Below, piece after piece: positions 42,621 to 48,101 of a stretch of 48,101 nucleotides of DNA; position 1 is the first letter of the stretch; every line of letters starts with the position of its first letter. Position numbers and translations under genes: made by a program. The notes beneath the pieces were generated by a model. That model was not told the origin of the DNA. It searched no databases and saw only the letters and a list, made by a program, of their open reading frames with translations. The DNA comes from Tubiluchus corallicola (taxonomy: Eukaryota; Animalia; Priapulida): positions 1 through 48,101 of the forward strand of contig JAQGDQ010001312.1 of assembly GCA_030141605.1 (NCBI GenBank), in the 5' to 3' direction.

Positions 42621-45600
42621 CGCATGCACGCACCAGGCAACATGGCAATATTGTACCAATGTTGTCACAACATTCGACAAAATTACTCTATGTTGTACCA
42701 TCATTTTGACAATATTTTTCTGAACGTATTTTTTTATGAAGATCCTGAAAAGATCGTGACCATAATAGTGACAGTATTGTAGCTGTCTGTATACGCTCAT
42801 AAAATTTTTCCACAAAGTAATTGTTAATTAAAAACGTAAAGCTAACGATAATTTGCTAGTGTTGGTGTGGCAATCACAATGTCAGATAAATTGTACCACT
42901 CGTTCAGTATTCTGATTGTGTGATCTCTGATCAGCGGCATAAGTGAAATGCTTACTTGTGTGATTTGAATCCGTTAATCATTTTAGATAATTAATTCTTT
43001 GTGCCTGTGCTTTTGGGTTTTAGAAATTATATAATGGAGATATGTACAGGAAGAATTATATTATGTCACAACCAATGCAAAAAATTTCTGGGCATTTCTA
43101 TAACTCCTATGTTATATATTTTCGGAGAAGTGTGAAATAAACGGTTCTGTTGCTGTATTTTCACCCAATTGTTAATGTGAACTAAGTGCTAGAATGTGAA
43201 AAATAACTTTGCCAAAGTATAAAATGAATATACTTTGTCTTAAATCCAGCCTAGCTTAGATTTTTTAGTCAGTTTATAGAAGTAAGCAGGGAGTTCCAGT
43301 AAACAGGTGAGTTAGTGGGTTTGGCAAATAAACTTTCAAAGAAACAAACATTTAGATGACAATGCGTAGATAATAACAGCAGTCAATTTTAAAATAATAA
43401 TCACTTTGTGTATCACAATGTATGCTATGTAATTATTTTATGCAATTATGATACCACCCACTCTAACAATGTACAGTTTGTTATATCCATGCTTAATTTG
43501 CAGTGATAGTTGAAATTGTTGACGTGCGATGGCGCAGACTTTAATTTTTCCCGCCGGTGTCGTGTGACGATTTTACAAGCGTGTGAAAATTTGTTAAAGA
43601 AAGCATGGTTTGTGATTTTTGCGTTATGTATCCTTAAAACAATTCAATGAACGAATGAATTTTTAAAAAGCTGAAAGTTGCTAGATTCACAATGTGTAGG
43701 AAGGTCTTATATAATTGCCTGCTAAACTAGTTAGCTGAGTCACAGAATAGCATAGGGCTGTGTCAGTCCATTTGTAATTTGTGTGCTGTTCTAATTTTTT
43801 TATATATGACAAAAAAGATTTCATACAAAATGCGACTTAATTCTCTAACTTTAATTTCTAAATGGTTGTGGGCACTAATTGATGAACCAGTCACCGACAT
43901 GGGAAGTAGCGTTTTTCAAAGAACGCCGTAGGTTCCTGGCTGGGTCAAAAACTGCTTGAACTTTTCTTTAATTTTTTTTAATTCTCTGCTCTCCAAAGTT
44001 TCTTATTTGACTTCTGATCTGTTGTGCAATTTTATTGCTTGCTGAATTGAACATAATGAGAACTGTGTTAGAAGAAATGCATTGTGTTTTGTTTTTCATC
44101 AGGATGCTGACATTTGTGATCAGGATGCTGACGGACAGGCCCAAACTTGTACAGCTTGTGAAGAGGGGAAAATTTTGATTGCCTGGTGTGAAGAATGTGG
44201 TGATACACTCTGTCGTGAGTGCTTACTAGCACATCAGCGCGTGAAGGTCAGTTTTTGATGCTACTGTACTTGGTTCAAATCTGTTCTGAGTCATATCTTA
44301 TTTCCATGTTTTTGTTTTTCCAAATGTAATTCGTAGATACCATAGGGCCATTTTTTATGAAATAACACCAACAAAAGGAAATTGTATTTTCTAGTGCATG
44401 TCTGCATCCCTGAAGCGAGGTTTTTCTCGCTGCTGCGACTTTTTTGAAACAGTTTGAAACATTTTTGAAACAGTTGTAAATCTTCTGAGTCCAACTGTTG
44501 CTGAAATATTCCACGACCGTGTTTTGTTGTAAATCATTCCTGTGAAATTCGCGCGATTTTCTTTTTTGCGAATTTCGGGTTTTTTCTCCAGCAAAAATTG
44601 CAAGAATATCGCACGAACTTCGTATGACATTTTTGCTCATTTGCTTCTGCAATGGCTTATGCAATGTGGCAATATTGCATTGCATTGGCGCGAGTATGTT
44701 GTGATTATTTCATCACAATTTCGTGAAATTTACGTAGAAAGAAGTGCTAAACAAGTTGGAATAATCGAGGTTGTCAAAAATAGTCGCACAGTTGTCCTAA
44801 CATTCTCAAGAGCATTGCAAAACGTTCGCCAGTATTTCGTGGATTTTAGAGTTGTTGCGACGTGTGACGATAAATTTGCGAGCGTTTAGCGCATCTTATG
44901 ACAACTTTACGATAGTTTGGTTTGGTAGGAAGTTTTACAACTCTGGTGACAAAAGTTTGAACATTTTGAAAAAATTTCCGAAGCTGGTGATCTGTTTGGC
45001 GAACTTTTGCGGCATGTTTGGCATCAGTTTGACCTAAAAATTTTCAGGTAATTGCCGAAGTCTCGAACTACACGAAAGTCTTGCTTAAATTAATGCACTA
45101 TGATTGTGTTTACCTATGAGACACTGTCGTTTAATTATTGTCACCGGATAAGCGACAACCGTTAAAGGTTTTTTCCGTAAGAGTTTAATGTTCATAAAAA
45201 ACAGCGAAATGCTGGTATTTAAATACATACAGGGATGAGAATTTTTACAAATTGCATAAATTCTTTGAGAAAATTTTTACGGGCCCAAGACATTATTTCA
45301 CAAGCTGACCGCTAGTTGGCAGGCCGTCACTTTGTTTACGGACCCAGTACATTATTTCACAAGCTGACCGCTAGTTGGCAGGCCGTCACTTTGTTTACAT
45401 CACGTACATCAGTGTAACCACCTGTATATCTCTATGTATAAAAATATAGAATCAATTGTGCGGAGTTATTTGAGTCAATTGCAGACAGTTTTTATATACT
45501 TTTGCATAGAGCGGCCAATACTTAGGCATTTTTGAGACAATTAGGTATCATGTATCCTTGATAGTTGGGTATTTTAAATTATGCATGAAACAAGGTAATT

Positions 45601-45921
45601 GATATTTTAAGTCCACTTATAGGCTCTCTATGGTCACAAAATTGCAATTTATTGCTGGCTCTAGGGGGCCTTTGCCCCTCAACCCCATTGGGAGCCTAGG
45701 CAGCCCCAAAACCCCTGGCCTGTTTCAGAGTTTTTTGCAATTTGTCATTCTCATCCCTGAATACATGAAAGAAAATGCTCATGTCACGTTGTATACCCTT
45801 TCCTACTTTTCTCTCCCTAACACGATACTGGCATAGATCTAGATGGCGTAACTTCAACAAAAACTTGTTTAATGCCGTGAGTAGTAACCTGTAAAAAATT
45901 GAGTTTGCGGGTTTGAAATTA

Positions 45922-46250
45922 CAGTCGACCCTTGTTAAACCGGACCCCGTTATCCCGGATATCGGATAAGACGGACGTCATCCCTGGTAAAGGAAACTGA
46001 CCGATTTCCATCCGAGCCGGAGCGCTAAACACAACACGGCCTACCAACTGTACAATAATTTCTTTACCCTCACAGGTTAACTATTTTAAAGTGATATACA
46101 GTATAGAATATAGTGCAATGTATATAAGCCTTATTAAGGTGATTATTCCTGTATAATATAGACCATATATAGGCATATCAGATAAATCGGAACACCCATC
46201 CAACCCCCCACCCCCACCCCCCATTAGTCCGGTTTAACGAGGGTTGACTG
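45922..46250. mobile_element. Mirror Tc1/mariner-type MITE with intact TA TSD
   Basis: TA-cagtcgacccttgttaaaccggac ... gtccggtttaacgagggttgactg-TA. Confidence 0.8.
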
Positions 46251-48101
46251 TATTTAATTTGGCTCGATATCTAGCATTTATAATGACAGTTGCTGTTGAA
46301 ACAACCATCTGCACTTAAAAACGCCATGTTTATTCCTAGGGGATTATACTTCGACGACAAATACTTAGGACAAACTGTAATGCCTGCAGTTCTGCTTTAT
46401 CTGCTGCAAACAGTGGAGTTTAAATGGTCTTTCTAACAAGATTTTCTGCTGAAACTTTAGAATTTCCACATCCTTGCACTTGGCATCAGTTTGTTTGACG
46501 AATTATTACCAGGTCATATTATTACATTCTCTTGCTAAAATATTAAATTAAAATCTCATACAAGAACTTACTAAATTTCAGCTATAAAACTGCTTTATTT
46601 CCCTGTATACAGTTTAAACTTCCATCATTGTACAGAACCTTGAACTAGTATGCATAACATTTACCTTTAATCAACTGCTGGCTTCTTTTCACTTAATGGA
46701 AAAGTTTTACCTGGTTTATTTCTCTGTATACAGTTTAAACTTTCAACATTGCACAGAACCTTGAACTAGTATGTATAACATTTACCTTTAATCAACTGCT
46801 GGCTTCTTTTCACTTAATGGAAAAGTTTTACCTGGTTTATTTCTCTGTATGCAGTATGGAAAAGTTTTACCTGGTTTATTTCTCTGTATACATTTAAACT
46901 TCCATCATTGCACAGAACCTTGAACTAGTATGCATAACATTTACCTTTAATCAACTGCTGGCTTCCTTTCACTTCATGGAAAAGTTTTACCTGTTTATTT
47001 CTCTGTATCAGTTAAACTTTCACATTGACAGAACCTTGAACAGTATGATAACATTTACCTTTAATCAATGCTGGCTTCTTTCACTTATGGAAAAGTTTTA
47101 CCTGTTTATTTCTCTGTATACAGTTTAAACTTCATCATGACAGAACCTTGAACTAGTATGCTAACATTTACCTTTAATCAACCGCTGGCTTCCTTTCACT
47201 TCATGGAAAAGATTTACCTGGTCAGTTGGCTTGGCAGAACTTTAGAGAGAGAGTAATTGTATTACCACTTGTTCAGAAAATAAAGTGCATGTGATATGAA
47301 CAACTTATCTGCATTCTACTTTATTCTTCCAAAGAAGCCATACTGCCAGCACTTACCTTTATAATTTCTTCACAGGCGTGAAAAAACTATTTTAAATGCT
47401 GGAAGTTGTACAACATGGAAAACTAAAGACCCTAGCTGATAAATTCCATGAAAGTTGGCTCTGTTCTTGAGGCAGATTTGGAGGAATTTTTACAGGTTAC
47501 TACTCACGGCATTAAACAAGTTTTTGTTGAAGTTACACCATCTAGATCTATGCCAGTATCGTATTAGAGAGAGATAAGTAGCAAAGGGTATACAACGTGA
47601 CATGAGCATTTTCTTTCATGTATTCAGGGATGAGAATGACCAAGTGCAACAAACTCTGAAACTGGCCAGGGGTTTTGGGGCTGGCTAGGCTCCCAATGGG
47701 GTTGAGGGGCAAAGGCCACCTAGAGCCAGCAAGAAATTGCAATTTTGTGACCATAGAGAGCCTATAAGTGAACTTAAAATATCAATTACCTTGTTTCATG
47801 CATAATTTAAAATACCCAACTATCAAGGATGAAAGTTTAAATTGTATACAGGGAAATAAAAAGCAGTTTTATAGCTGAAATTTAGTAAGTTCTTGTATGA
47901 GATTTTAATTTGATATTTTAGCAAGAGAATGTAATAATGTGACCATTGATAATAATTATGATTAATTATTGCAAAGTAATAATCAGTTAGATAAAATGAA
48001 GTAATCGTGAGCCTCACGACAACACCGTGCATACATAATCTGTCATAATTTACCATCAGTGTTCCGATTTATCCGATATGCCTATATGTGGTCTATATTT
48101 C

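Overview
Eukaryotic, AT-rich, intron-containing DNA, probably from an invertebrate animal. The whole window is one giant inverted repeat: 1 to ~22,620 is the near-perfect reverse complement of ~25,490 to 48,101, and base 1 pairs with base 48,101. The arms flank an asymmetric ~2.9 kb spacer made of (CA)/(TACA) and (TG)/(TATG) microsatellites, a 111/113-bp satellite and a short directly duplicated segment (offset 1,811 bp). Each arm carries an intact 4-exon NIFK/Nop15-like RRM gene, a second spliced gene of unknown function running toward the axis, a 5S rRNA-headed SINE with an RTE-LINE-derived body, several TIR MITEs (Tc1/pogo-, Kolobok-, piggyBac- and hAT-like termini) and tandem arrays of about 120, 30, 83/91 and 84 bp plus a GYT trinucleotide tract. 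Whether the palindrome is real or a fold-back/haplotype-join assembly artefact cannot be decided from sequence alone. Most long ORFs in the ORF track are repeat read-throughs. All family assignments are from motif recognition, not database searches.
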